DNA of 39,344 nt, taken from contig CALVOC010000002.1 in the NCBI GenBank assembly GCA_944350145.1, positions 1 through 39,344 of the forward strand, given 5' to 3'. Shown here piece by piece: positions 26,288 to 34,671 of this stretch (position 1 is the stretch's first letter; each line of letters begins with the position of its first letter). The position numbers were made by a program, and so were the translations under genes. The stretch is from an uncultured Bacilli bacterium (GTDB lineage: Bacteria; Bacillota_I; Bacilli_A; RF39; UBA660). Below the pieces are notes generated by a model. The model did not search any database and was not told where the DNA came from. It saw only the letters and a list, made by a program, of their open reading frames with translations.

Positions 26288-26487
26288 TAATCAATGAGGA
26301 AGGAAAGAGTATATAATTATTTCTTTATTAGAGAGTTTATGGTTGGTGAAAATAAACAAAGGAAAATTATAGAAGATGGCTCTGGAGTTGAAACGTTATC
26401 TCGCGTTAAGGGTAAAGTGCATGAATTATCATGAAATAAGGTGGTACCACGGGTTTTTATTCGTCCTTATGTTCATGATTTTTTTAT
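26288..26487 (+). promoter_or_regulatory. T-box riboswitch leader (probable Met specifier AUG) controlling metG
   Basis: AGAGAG/GGUUGGUG stem I elements. Candidate specifier AUG at 26376-26378. Conserved T-box sequence AAAUAAGGUGGUACCACGG at 26434-26452. The terminator helix pairs AUCAUGAAAUAAGG with CCUUAUGUUCAUGAU and is followed by a U7 run. Confidence 0.8.
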
Positions 26488-26504
26488 TTGAAAGGATGAT
26501 AAAG

Positions 26505-28055
26505 ATGGAAAAGTTTTATATTACAACCGCGATTGCTTACGCATCTGGAAAACCACATATTGGCAATACTTATGAAATTGTTTTGGCAGACGCAATTGCT
26601 CGTTATAAAAGATTAAAAGGTTTTGATGTTTATTTTCAAACCGGAACAGATGAACATGGTGAAAAAATTGAGGGAAAGGCTCTAGAAAATGGTCAAACTC
26701 CTCAAGAATTTGTCGATAATATTTCCCGGGAAATAAAAAGAATTTGGGATGTGATGAATACTAGTTATGATAAATTTGTACGAACTACAGATGAACATCA
26801 TAAAAAAATAGTACAGCATATTTTTCAAAAACTATATGATCAAGGTGATATTTATTTGGATCAATATGAGGGATGGTATTGTACTCCTTGTGAGTCGTTT
26901 TGGACAGATAATCAACTTGTAGATGGAAAATGCCCAGATTGTGGTAGAGAAGTAAAAAAAAGAAGTGAAGAATCCTATTTTTTTAGAATGTCTAAGTATC
27001 AAGATCGGTTGATTGAATATATTGAAAATCATCCAGAATTTATTCAGCCAGAAGCTCGTAAAAATGAAATGATTAATAATTTTTTGAAACCAGGTTTACA
27101 AGATTTGTGTGTTTCTAGAACTTCTTTTGATTGGGGTATTCGAGTTCCTTTTAATGATAAGCATATCGTTTATGTTTGGATTGATGCTTTGTCTAACTAT
27201 ATTACTAATATTGGTTATGATACTGATGGAGGAGATGATACTTTTAAAAAATGGTGGCCTGCTGATTTACATTTAGTTGGTAAGGATATTATTCGTTTTC
27301 ATACTATTTATTGGCCAATTTTATTAATGGCATTAGATTTACCTTTACCTAAACAAGTTTTTGGGCATCCTTGGCTTTTGATGAATAACGATAAAATGAG
27401 TAAGAGTAAAGGAAATATTATGTATGCAGATGATTTAGTTTCGTTGTTTGGAGTTGATGCAATTCGGTATTATTTGTTGCATGAAATTCCTTTTCAAAGT
27501 GATGGAACGATTTCTTATGAGCTTATCATTGAACGTATTAATAGTGATTTAGCTAATATTTTAGGAAATTTAGTAAATCGAACAATTTCAATGGCTAAGA
27601 AATATTTTGACGGAGAAATTGAAAATAAAAAAATTTTAGAAGATATGGACTCTTCATATATTGAAATGATCAATAGTTTAGAAGAACGCGTTGAAAAAAG
27701 AATGTTTAAATTAGAGATAGGTTCTGCACTTGATGAAATTTTTGATACTTTACGAGCTAGTAATAAATATATAGATGATACTATGCCTTGGAGTCTTGCT
27801 AAGGAAGAAACAAAACGAGATCGTTTAGAAACTGTATTATATAATTTATTAGAAGGTATTCAAGTTTGTGCTGTTTTTCTAAAGCCATTTTTGCCCGCTA
27901 CTTCAGATGAAATTTTTAGACAATTACAAACGAATAATTTATCGTTTTGCTTTATAAATGATCATAAATATTGTGTATTGGATCCGACTCCTATTTTTAT
28001 GAGAATTGATAGTTCTAAAAAACTTGCTGAAATAGCAGCGAATAAGGAAGAGTAA
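26505..28055 (+). CDS. metG: Methionine--tRNA ligase
   Basis: The real start is ATG 26505 (MEKFYITTAIAYASGKPHIGN). Class I HIGN and KMSKS motifs are present, with zinc knuckles CTPC and CPDC. The ORF-track start at 26376 runs through the T-box leader. Confidence 0.95.
   Translation: MEKFYITTAIAYASGKPHIGNTYEIVLADAIARYKRLKGFDVYFQTGTDEHGEKIEGKALENGQTPQEFVDNISREIKRIWDVMNTSYDKFVRTTDEHHKKIVQHIFQKLYDQGDIYLDQYEGWYCTPCESFWTDNQLVDGKCPDCGREVKKRSEESYFFRMSKYQDRLIEYIENHPEFIQPEARKNEMINNFLKPGLQDLCVSRTSFDWGIRVPFNDKHIVYVWIDALSNYITNIGYDTDGGDDTFKKWWPADLHLVGKDIIRFHTIYWPILLMALDLPLPKQVFGHPWLLMNNDKMSKSKGNIMYADDLVSLFGVDAIRYYLLHEIPFQSDGTISYELIIERINSDLANILGNLVNRTISMAKKYFDGEIENKKILEDMDSSYIEMINSLEERVEKRMFKLEIGSALDEIFDTLRASNKYIDDTMPWSLAKEETKRDRLETVLYNLLEGIQVCAVFLKPFLPATSDEIFRQLQTNNLSFCFINDHKYCVLDPTPIFMRIDSSKKLAEIAANKEE
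26720..26735. promoter_or_regulatory. NBS-like palindrome TATTTCCCGGGAAATA (perfect) inside metG
   Basis: Read directly. It encodes N-I-S-R-E-I, a different codon phase from the copies in ybaB and the methyltransferase gene. Confidence 0.55.
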
Positions 28056-28056
28056 A

Positions 28057-28812
28057 ATGTTAGTAGATACTCATTGTCATTTATATAAAGAATATTATGA
28101 TTCTTTAACAGATGTTTTAAAAGAAGCTTCTTTAAATCAAGTAAGTAAATTTATTGTTGCTGGATGTGATCAAAAGAGTAATGAAGAAGTTTTAGAATTA
28201 TTAAAAAGCCAAGATAGCATTTATGGGTGTTTGGGTATTCATCCTGAATCTGTTACCACTTATCAAGATAAAGATTTGCTTTTTTTAGAAGAACATCTTA
28301 AGGATGTTAGGGTAGTTGCAGTTGGAGAAATAGGATTGGATTATCACTTTGATAAGGAACATAAAGAACAACAAAAAGAATTGTTTGAAAAACAGTTGGT
28401 TTTGGCTGAGAAATATTCTTTACCTGTTGTTGTACATTCGCGTGATGCTACTAAGGATACGATTGAAATATTAAAAAAATTTCCTAAAGTTAAAGGAGTG
28501 ATTCATTCTTTTTCTGGAAGTCTAGAAGTAGCAGAAATTTATATTAAAATGGGATATAAATTAGGAATTAATGGAGTGGTTACTTTTAAAAATAGTCATC
28601 TTAAAGAAATTCTTCCAACTATTTTTCCGTATATTGTTTTAGAAACGGATAGTCCATATTTGACTCCTCATCCTTATCGGGGTAACAAAAATTCTCCTAA
28701 AAATATTTTACTTATCGCAGATTTTATTTGTGAATATTTAAATATTTCTAAAAATCAACTGGAAAAAGTTACTAATGAAAATGTTCGAGCCGTTTTTGAC
28801 ATTTTAGTGTAG
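28057..28812 (+). CDS. tatD: TatD-family metal-dependent DNase/hydrolase (YabD)
   Basis: N-terminal DTHCHL motif, GEIGLDY and VVHSRDA. Follows metG as in Bacillus. Confidence 0.9.
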   Translation: MLVDTHCHLYKEYYDSLTDVLKEASLNQVSKFIVAGCDQKSNEEVLELLKSQDSIYGCLGIHPESVTTYQDKDLLFLEEHLKDVRVVAVGEIGLDYHFDKEHKEQQKELFEKQLVLAEKYSLPVVVHSRDATKDTIEILKKFPKVKGVIHSFSGSLEVAEIYIKMGYKLGINGVVTFKNSHLKEILPTIFPYIVLETDSPYLTPHPYRGNKNSPKNILLIADFICEYLNISKNQLEKVTNENVRAVFDILV

Positions 28813-28849
28813 GTATGATATCATGATCTTGTAAAACGAGGTGCAAGTA

Positions 28850-29383
28850 ATGGTTAAGTTAAAAAGAAATATTTGTCTTACCGTTCAATTGATTTTATTA
28901 GTTTTATTTGTTTTTGTGGCTAATGTTAGTACTACTAAAGAGATGGCAACTGTTTCAAATAATGCAAGTAATCGAGTTATAAATTTATCTACTATGGCTT
29001 TAAAATTAGAAGAAGATTTAAAAAATGATTTATATAGTGCTAAGGATACTTTTACTGGAGATATTACGGGATATGGAGCTAATTGTCCTATGTGTAGTGG
29101 TCATTTGGCTTGTTCAAGTTATTATGTAAAAGATGGCACTACTACTTATCCTGATTTAGAATATGGAACAGTAAGAATTGTTGCATCTTCTAGTAATTTG
29201 CCTTGTGGTTCTATTGTTCGTTTTGAGCTTCCAAGTATATCAAATGATCCTATAATTGCTATTGTCTTGGATCGTGGTGTTTTGGGAAATGATTTAGATT
29301 TATTGATGGCTAATGAAAGTGATGCTTCTAGATATGTTGGAAGAAAAACCAAGAGTTATGATGTTTTGAGAATTGGTTTTTAA
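28850..29383 (+). CDS. 3D-domain (MltA/RlpA-like double-psi barrel) secreted protein, YabE-like
   Basis: N-terminal TM/signal anchor. C-terminal GYGANCPMCSG...CGSIVRF...IVLDRG...DLDLL is typical of 3D domains. ATG 28850 is preferred because GAGGTG lies 7 nt upstream. Confidence 0.7.
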   Translation: MVKLKRNICLTVQLILLVLFVFVANVSTTKEMATVSNNASNRVINLSTMALKLEEDLKNDLYSAKDTFTGDITGYGANCPMCSGHLACSSYYVKDGTTTYPDLEYGTVRIVASSSNLPCGSIVRFELPSISNDPIIAIVLDRGVLGNDLDLLMANESDASRYVGRKTKSYDVLRIGF

Positions 29384-29388
29384 TAAAA

Positions 29389-29413
29389 GCTTATCTTTGG
29401 ATAAGTTTTTTTA
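29389..29413 (+). terminator. Rho-independent terminator
   Basis: Hairpin GCTTATC-TTTG-GATAAGT followed by a T7 run. Confidence 0.6.
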
Positions 29414-29469
29414 TATTCTTGATTGACTAAAATATCTGTGTTATATTACGTTTATAAGTTGGTGATGGT

Positions 29470-30252
29470 GTGAAAAAAATAATTGCAAAAAAAAGTTTAG
29501 GTCAAAATTTTTTGAAGGATGAGAAAGATTTGCAAAGAATTGCTGATACCTTTGATGTATCTTCTAATGATTTGATTGTTGAGATTGGTCCGGGTAAAGG
29601 TGCATTAACTAAATATTTGGTAAAAAAATCGAGTGATTTATTTTGTTATGAAATTGATGAAAGAATGAAGGAATTTTTATCTTCTTTTCAAAGTGAGCAT
29701 GTGAAGATTATTTTTGATGATTTTTTAAAAAGAAATTTGAAAGAAGATTTAAAGAAAAATTACGATCATATTTATGTTATTGCAAATATTCCTTATTATA
29801 TAACTACACCGATTATTGAACATTTGCTAACAAGTTCTCTTTTTATTTCAGGTATGACTTTATTAGTTCAAAAGGAAGTTGCTTTGCGTTTTGCTGCTTT
29901 GCCTGGAACAAAAGAATACGGATATTTTACCGTTTTATTGCAACATTTTTTTAATATTGAAAAACTTTTTGATGTATCACCCTCATCTTTTTCACCTCCG
30001 CCAAAAGTAATGAGTTCAGTAGTTCGTTTTGTTTGCAAAAAGGAAATTGTTTCTCTTGATATTGTTTCTTTTAGTATCTTTTTAAAAAAAGCTTTTTCTT
30101 TTAAAAGGAAGACATTAAAAAATAATTTAAAGGAGTATGATTGGGACTCTATTTTTCCTATTTTGCAGGAAAATCATTTTTCTTCAAATGTTCGAGCAGA
30201 AGAAATACCTTATGAAGTTTTTGTAAAAATTTTTACCAAATTGAATAACTAG
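29470..30252 (+). CDS. rsmA: 16S rRNA (adenine1518/1519-N6)-dimethyltransferase RsmA (KsgA)
   Basis: GTG start. Contains KSLGQNFL, EIGPGKGALT and ANIPYYITTPI. Confidence 0.9.
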   Translation: MKKIIAKKSLGQNFLKDEKDLQRIADTFDVSSNDLIVEIGPGKGALTKYLVKKSSDLFCYEIDERMKEFLSSFQSEHVKIIFDDFLKRNLKEDLKKNYDHIYVIANIPYYITTPIIEHLLTSSLFISGMTLLVQKEVALRFAALPGTKEYGYFTVLLQHFFNIEKLFDVSPSSFSPPPKVMSSVVRFVCKKEIVSLDIVSFSIFLKKAFSFKRKTLKNNLKEYDWDSIFPILQENHFSSNVRAEEIPYEVFVKIFTKLNN

Positions 30253-30297
30253 TAAAGTTTTGCTAGTTTTTTTCATATATTTTTTTAGGTGAAGCTT

Positions 30298-31071
30298 ATG
30301 ATATTTCAAGTAGGGGATCTTGTAACACGAATTAGTTACAATCATGATATTGTTTTTAAGATCTTAAATATCCGAGGAGAAGTAGCCTATTTAAAAGGAG
30401 AACAAGTTCGTTTGTATGCTGATGCTCCATTAGAAGATTTAGTTTTATATGTAAAAGAGGATCGTGATAGTGAAGAAGATTCTTTTTTGTTAGAGGATTT
30501 ATCAATGCGGGGAGATTTTTTTTATTTGCCTGGCAAAGTTTTACATATTGATGCTGATCAAGATTATTTGGAAAGATGTTTAAAGTTTTATAAGAGAAAT
30601 AAAGTGATGGCTGTTGGAAAAAGAATAGAAGAAAAAGATGTAGCTAAACAAATTAAAAATTTATTAATTGAGTATCAACCAGATATTGTGATTATTACTG
30701 GTCATGATGCTTATTATCCTAAAAAAGGTGGAATAAATGATATTCATAATTATAAAAATACTGAAAATTTTGTTCGAGCTGTAAAGGAAGCTCGCAAATA
30801 TGAAAAAAGTCATGAAAAATTAGTTATTATTGCTGGAGCTTGTCAAAGTAATTATGAAGAATTAATTAAGGCTGGAGCTAATTTTGCAAGTTCTCCAAAA
30901 CGCGTGAATATTCATGCATTAGATCCTGCAATTATTGCTACCGTGCTTGCAATGAGTGAACGTAATAAGGAAATTGATTTGGTAAATTTACTTTCTAAAA
31001 CTAAGTATGGAGCAAATGGTATGGGTGGGATTATAAGTACTGGAATGATGTATGTAGGATTTCCAAGATAG
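30298..31071 (+). CDS. yabG: Sporulation-specific protease YabG
   Basis: MIFQVGDLV is comparable to the B. subtilis YabG N-terminus. Also ITGHDAY and IAGACQSNYEELIKAGANFASSPKRVNIHALDP. ATG 30298 has AGGTGA 7 nt upstream. Confidence 0.85.
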   Translation: MIFQVGDLVTRISYNHDIVFKILNIRGEVAYLKGEQVRLYADAPLEDLVLYVKEDRDSEEDSFLLEDLSMRGDFFYLPGKVLHIDADQDYLERCLKFYKRNKVMAVGKRIEEKDVAKQIKNLLIEYQPDIVIITGHDAYYPKKGGINDIHNYKNTENFVRAVKEARKYEKSHEKLVIIAGACQSNYEELIKAGANFASSPKRVNIHALDPAIIATVLAMSERNKEIDLVNLLSKTKYGANGMGGIISTGMMYVGFPR

Positions 31072-31078
31072 GAGGATT

Positions 31079-31291
31079 ATGAATCTCGATATTGTTAGAG
31101 AAAAAATTGGAAGTTATTTAAACAAAAATGTAACTGTCCAAGTATATGGATTGCGTAATAAAAATTTTGAATATTATGGTGTTGTTTCTGGAGTATATCC
31201 GTATGTTTTTACAGTTTTGGTAAATGGTGTAGAAAAAAGTTTTAATTATTCAGATGTTATTATTGGAGATGTTGTTGTCAAACTTGCGTAA
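31079..31291 (+). CDS. veg: Veg protein
   Basis: 70-aa ORF in the veg position after yabG. LDIVREKIGSYLNKNVTVQ...GVYPYVFTV is typical of Veg. Confidence 0.85.
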   Translation: MNLDIVREKIGSYLNKNVTVQVYGLRNKNFEYYGVVSGVYPYVFTVLVNGVEKSFNYSDVIIGDVVVKLA

Positions 31292-31359
31292 AAAGCTTGA
31301 AATAATCCAATTTATGCTATACAATGTTAGTAAGTTGATGGACTTTAGAAGGAGAGTAA

Positions 31360-31629
31360 ATGATGAAAATTACATCTGTTAGTGTTCGTAAGATCACAAA
31401 AGAAAATTCAAGATTGAGAGGAATTGCTTCGGTTTTAATCGATGATGCATTTGCTATTCATGATATTCGTATTATTGAAGGTGATAATGGTTTATTTATT
31501 GCTATGCCAAGCAGAAAAACAGCAACTGGTGAATACAGAGACGTTTGTCATCCAATAAATCCAGATGTTCGTAGTGAATTTACTGATGCGATTTTGACAG
31601 AATATAATAAACAAGATTCTGCAGAATAA
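31360..31629 (+). CDS. spoVG: Septation/sporulation regulator SpoVG
   Basis: Contains ITSVSVRKI...LRGIASVLIDDAFAIHDIRIIEGDNGLFIAMPSRKT...HPIN. Confidence 0.93.
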   Translation: MMKITSVSVRKITKENSRLRGIASVLIDDAFAIHDIRIIEGDNGLFIAMPSRKTATGEYRDVCHPINPDVRSEFTDAILTEYNKQDSAE

Positions 31630-31652
31630 ATTCTAGGCAACTAGAATTTTTT
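31628..31652 (+). terminator. Rho-independent terminator after spoVG
   Basis: Hairpin AAATTCTAG-GCAA-CTAGAATTT followed by a T-run. Confidence 0.7.
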
Positions 31653-31671
31653 CCATGGTGGGGGGATTTTA

Positions 31672-32292
31672 ATGGAAAAATTGGAAAAGTTTCAAATGTA
31701 TCCTGTTATGTTAATTCACAATTTGAAAAATTGGTGTGAAAGACATCATATGCCGGTTATTTTAGCAACTCCGAGTCAATTGACTTTAAAAATTACAGAA
31801 GATAATCAACATGAAATTTTTTCTTTGTGTCAATTTCTTCGAAAAGTTGAATTTAATCGTAAAAGTGATAGATTTCCAGCTTTATCTGGTATATCTTTCA
31901 ATTGTCAGGATATGGGAGAGTGCTTTTTAGATTTATCTTTTTTTCATACATCCGTTTTAGAATTTTTAGTTGATTATGTTCAAAATTCTTTTTCATTTAT
32001 TTATGATATTCAAGAGTATCAGATGATTCTTAAAATGTTAAAGCATTTATCTTTTTATTCTTCTTCAGGTGGTTGTCTTATCAAAGATGAATTTTTAGAA
32101 AAGTATGTTCTTTATATTTTTGATAAAAGCGATGAGTTAAACGATCTTTTTCCTGAACAATTTGTTGAAAATAATACTATTTCACGAACTTTTTATACTT
32201 TTTATTTAAATGATTTAAAAACTTTGAAAAATTGTTTGGATACTTTAGATAATCATTTAGAATTAAAAAAGATTCGTGGTGATTTTTCATAA
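31672..32292 (+). CDS. Hypothetical cytoplasmic protein (206 aa), no recognisable family
   Basis: Strong RBS (GGTGGGGGG), its own terminator and no TM segments. I recognise no motif. Confidence 0.55.
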   Translation: MEKLEKFQMYPVMLIHNLKNWCERHHMPVILATPSQLTLKITEDNQHEIFSLCQFLRKVEFNRKSDRFPALSGISFNCQDMGECFLDLSFFHTSVLEFLVDYVQNSFSFIYDIQEYQMILKMLKHLSFYSSSGGCLIKDEFLEKYVLYIFDKSDELNDLFPEQFVENNTISRTFYTFYLNDLKTLKNCLDTLDNHLELKKIRGDFS

Positions 32293-32293
32293 A

Positions 32294-32321
32294 AATAATT
32301 CTTTTTGGAATTATTTTTTTT
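32294..32321 (+). terminator. Rho-independent terminator
   Basis: Hairpin AATAATTC-TTTTTG-GAATTATT followed by a T-run. Confidence 0.6.
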
Positions 32322-32352
32322 AGTTTGGCATATATATTTTTAGGTGATAAAA

Positions 32353-32649
32353 ATGGAGACGGAAAATACTATTCCTTTAGTACCGCCTAATCATGAAGTC
32401 AAGATTATTGATCGACGGGAAATTTATATTACAGGTGTAAAAAAGATAAGTAGTTTTGATCATGAAGAATTTTTATTAGAAACCACTATGGGGATTTTGT
32501 TGTTAAAAGGAAGTGGTCTTGAAATTTTAAAATTAGATACACATGATGGTAATGTTCGGATTAAAGGGAAAATTAATAGTTATCAATATTTAGAAAATGG
32601 TAAGGGAAAAGTCAAAGAAGAGAGTTTTATGGCTAAATTATTTAAATAA
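32353..32649 (+). CDS. yabP: Sporulation protein YabP
   Basis: IIDRREIYITGVKKISSFDHEEFLLETTMGILLLKGSGLEI is typical of YabP. ATG 32353 has AGGTGA 7 nt upstream. Confidence 0.85.
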   Translation: METENTIPLVPPNHEVKIIDRREIYITGVKKISSFDHEEFLLETTMGILLLKGSGLEILKLDTHDGNVRIKGKINSYQYLENGKGKVKEESFMAKLFK

Positions 32650-32963
32650 TGGATGAGATTGTTCAGCTTCTATCTTTTCTTTTTTCCTTTTTATTCGGAT
32701 TTGGTTTTCATATAGTTACACGTTGGCATTTTAAAATTTCTGAAACTTATTCCGTACCTATGAAATATTTAACGACTATTTTGTTTGTTATGAATATTGT
32801 TTTGTTGTATGTTTATTTAATGTATCAATTAAATGATGGGATTATTCACATCTATTTCTTGCTTTTTGTTTTGTTTGGTTTTGTTGTTTTTGATATTTTA
32901 CATAAACGTGTCAAATTAAGTTCTTTTCTTCCTTCTAAAATTGAAAAAATTTTTCGCCGATGA
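32649..32963 (+). CDS. yabQ: Spore cortex biosynthesis membrane protein YabQ
   Basis: Small polytopic membrane protein translationally coupled to yabP (ATAATG overlap). It carries the family-like NDGIIHIYFLLFVLFG segment. Confidence 0.75.
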   Translation: MDEIVQLLSFLFSFLFGFGFHIVTRWHFKISETYSVPMKYLTTILFVMNIVLLYVYLMYQLNDGIIHIYFLLFVLFGFVVFDILHKRVKLSSFLPSKIEKIFRR

Positions 32964-32990
32964 TATAATTTATTATATATTTATAAATAG

Positions 32991-33296
32991 GTGAAGAGAA
33001 TGAAAAGGAAAGGTTCAAATAAAGCTAAAAAACGTTTTTTGTTTTTATCTGTTTTTTTTATAGGTTTAGTGGGTCTATCTTTTGTGTCTATTTTTCGCGA
33101 TTGGTTACAAATAGTTGATAATACACAGCAAATAGCTAGTTTAACCTCTTATTATGATGATTTACTAAAAGAAGAAGAGAGTTTGACTAGTGAGGTTACA
33201 AAATTGCATGATCCAGATTATGTTGCAAGATATGCAAGAGAAAAATATATGTATTCATTACCTGGAGAGTTTATTATAAAAATTCCTGAAGAATAG
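32991..33296 (+). CDS. divIC: Septum formation initiator DivIC/FtsB family
   Basis: N-terminal TM anchor plus a coiled coil, ending DPDYVARYAREKYMYSLPGE. Follows yabQ as in Bacillus. The start could be GTG 32991 or ATG 33000. Confidence 0.7.
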   Translation: MKRMKRKGSNKAKKRFLFLSVFFIGLVGLSFVSIFRDWLQIVDNTQQIASLTSYYDDLLKEEESLTSEVTKLHDPDYVARYAREKYMYSLPGEFIIKIPEE

Positions 33297-33343
33297 AAAG
33301 TTTTTCTTTCTTTTCTTTTTTTTCTATTTTAAAATATAGAGTA

Positions 33344-34042
33344 GTGATGAATATGGAGAAGTATTGTCGTATAAATTTATTTGATTTACAATTGGAAGGG
33401 AAAAAGATCTTAACTGATTTTTCTCTTTCTTTTGATGGAAAAAATTCTATTTGTTTATTAGGAGAAAGTGGAAGTGGTAAAAGTCTTTTATTAAGAACTT
33501 TGTATAAAAATACTCAGTTGTTAGATACGAATGGAACATATGAATTTTACTTTTTGGAGGGTAAAGAAGTAAAAGATTGGAAATCTGAAATAAATTATGA
33601 ACATTTGGATACATCATGGCAAAGATTTTTAAATAAATTTTTAAAGGGTACTTCGCATTTAAATTGTCGTTATGCTTTAGTTTTAAAATTATTAAAGAAG
33701 CCGGATTTTCTTTTTTGTGAAGATTTAAAAAGAATTTTATCTTTAAAAGAATTGCAATTTTTTTTAGAATTTTTGAAAGAGCAACAAATTAAATGTTTTT
33801 ATATTACCAATCAAATCGAAAGCACTATTTTCTTTTCTTATTTAATCGTTATAAAAAATAATAAAATTGCTATTGAAGGGAATACTTTATCTGTATTGCA
33901 AGAAGAAAAAATTATGAAATTATTGGGTTTTTCATTACCTTTTTATGTCAATATGAGTATTCAACTAGGCTATTATGGGATTTTAAATAAAATTTGTTTA
34001 ACAAAGGAAGAATTGGAGGAAAGTATATGGCAATCCAAATGA
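33344..34042 (+). CDS. Degenerate ECF-type ABC ATPase (EcfA-like). Walker A is intact; the signature, Walker B and H-loop are degenerate.
   Basis: Walker A is GESGSGKS. Where LSGGQ is expected the sequence reads LNCRY, where hhhhDE is expected it reads FLFCED, and there is no switch histidine (ITNQIES). The position is equivalent to ecfA upstream of truA-rplM-rpsI. Confidence 0.6.
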   Translation: MMNMEKYCRINLFDLQLEGKKILTDFSLSFDGKNSICLLGESGSGKSLLLRTLYKNTQLLDTNGTYEFYFLEGKEVKDWKSEINYEHLDTSWQRFLNKFLKGTSHLNCRYALVLKLLKKPDFLFCEDLKRILSLKELQFFLEFLKEQQIKCFYITNQIESTIFFSYLIVIKNNKIAIEGNTLSVLQEEKIMKLLGFSLPFYVNMSIQLGYYGILNKICLTKEELEESIWQSK

Positions 34043-34671
34043 GTGATTTTATAAATAAAGACGGTTTTTCAATATTAGTTAATTTTCCTACTAAAATTCA
34101 TGGAGTTACAAGTGATGCAACTTCTGGATACGTTTTAGAAAAACGTTTTTCTACTACAATGTCGGTTCTTAATTATTTAAAAGATAAAACTCAAGCTAAT
34201 GAAGAAAAAATTATTCAATCGTTACAATTAGTGAAATTAAAACCTAGTTTGTATTCTGTGTCTTTAAATGCTTTAACTTTGCAGGAAAGTAAAAAAGTTT
34301 CCTTAGCTTTAGTGTTGCTTTTACAGTCAAAAGTTATTGTTTGCGAATATTTTTTTGAAGAGTTGATTTACAGTGAACAAGAGTATTTTAAAAGATTTTT
34401 TCGAAATTTAATGTATAAGCATCATATTGCTATTATTTTACTTGAAAATAATATGAATTTTGTATGTGAAACGGTTAAATCTTTTTATTTGTTTACAAAA
34501 AATGGAAAATATAAGTATATAGAAGATTTTTATCAAGATGAGATATATAAATATGTTTCCATGCCTTTTTCGGTAGAATTGGTTAAGTATTTAGAAAAAA
34601 AAGGACATAACATAGATCATGATATTACTTTTAATGAAACTTTAAAGTCTATTTATCGAGGTGCTGTATGA
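34027..34671 (+). CDS. Degenerate ECF-type ABC ATPase (EcfA'-like) lacking Walker A, signature, Walker B and H-loop residues
   Basis: ATG 34027 has GGAGGA upstream. The ABC fold is recognisable (LQLVKL...LNALTLQESKKVSLALVLLLQSKVIVCEYFFEEL...IAIILLENNMNFV), but every catalytic motif is substituted. Confidence 0.55.
   Translation: MAIQMSDFINKDGFSILVNFPTKIHGVTSDATSGYVLEKRFSTTMSVLNYLKDKTQANEEKIIQSLQLVKLKPSLYSVSLNALTLQESKKVSLALVLLLQSKVIVCEYFFEELIYSEQEYFKRFFRNLMYKHHIAIILLENNMNFVCETVKSFYLFTKNGKYKYIEDFYQDEIYKYVSMPFSVELVKYLEKKGHNIDHDITFNETLKSIYRGAV

Noticed and set aside
26376-26504. N-terminal 43-aa extension of metG in the ORF track
   Set aside because: The extension runs through the T-box leader, and its ATG is the probable specifier codon. 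It also crosses the terminator. The conserved MetRS N-terminus starts at ATG 26505, which has an RBS.
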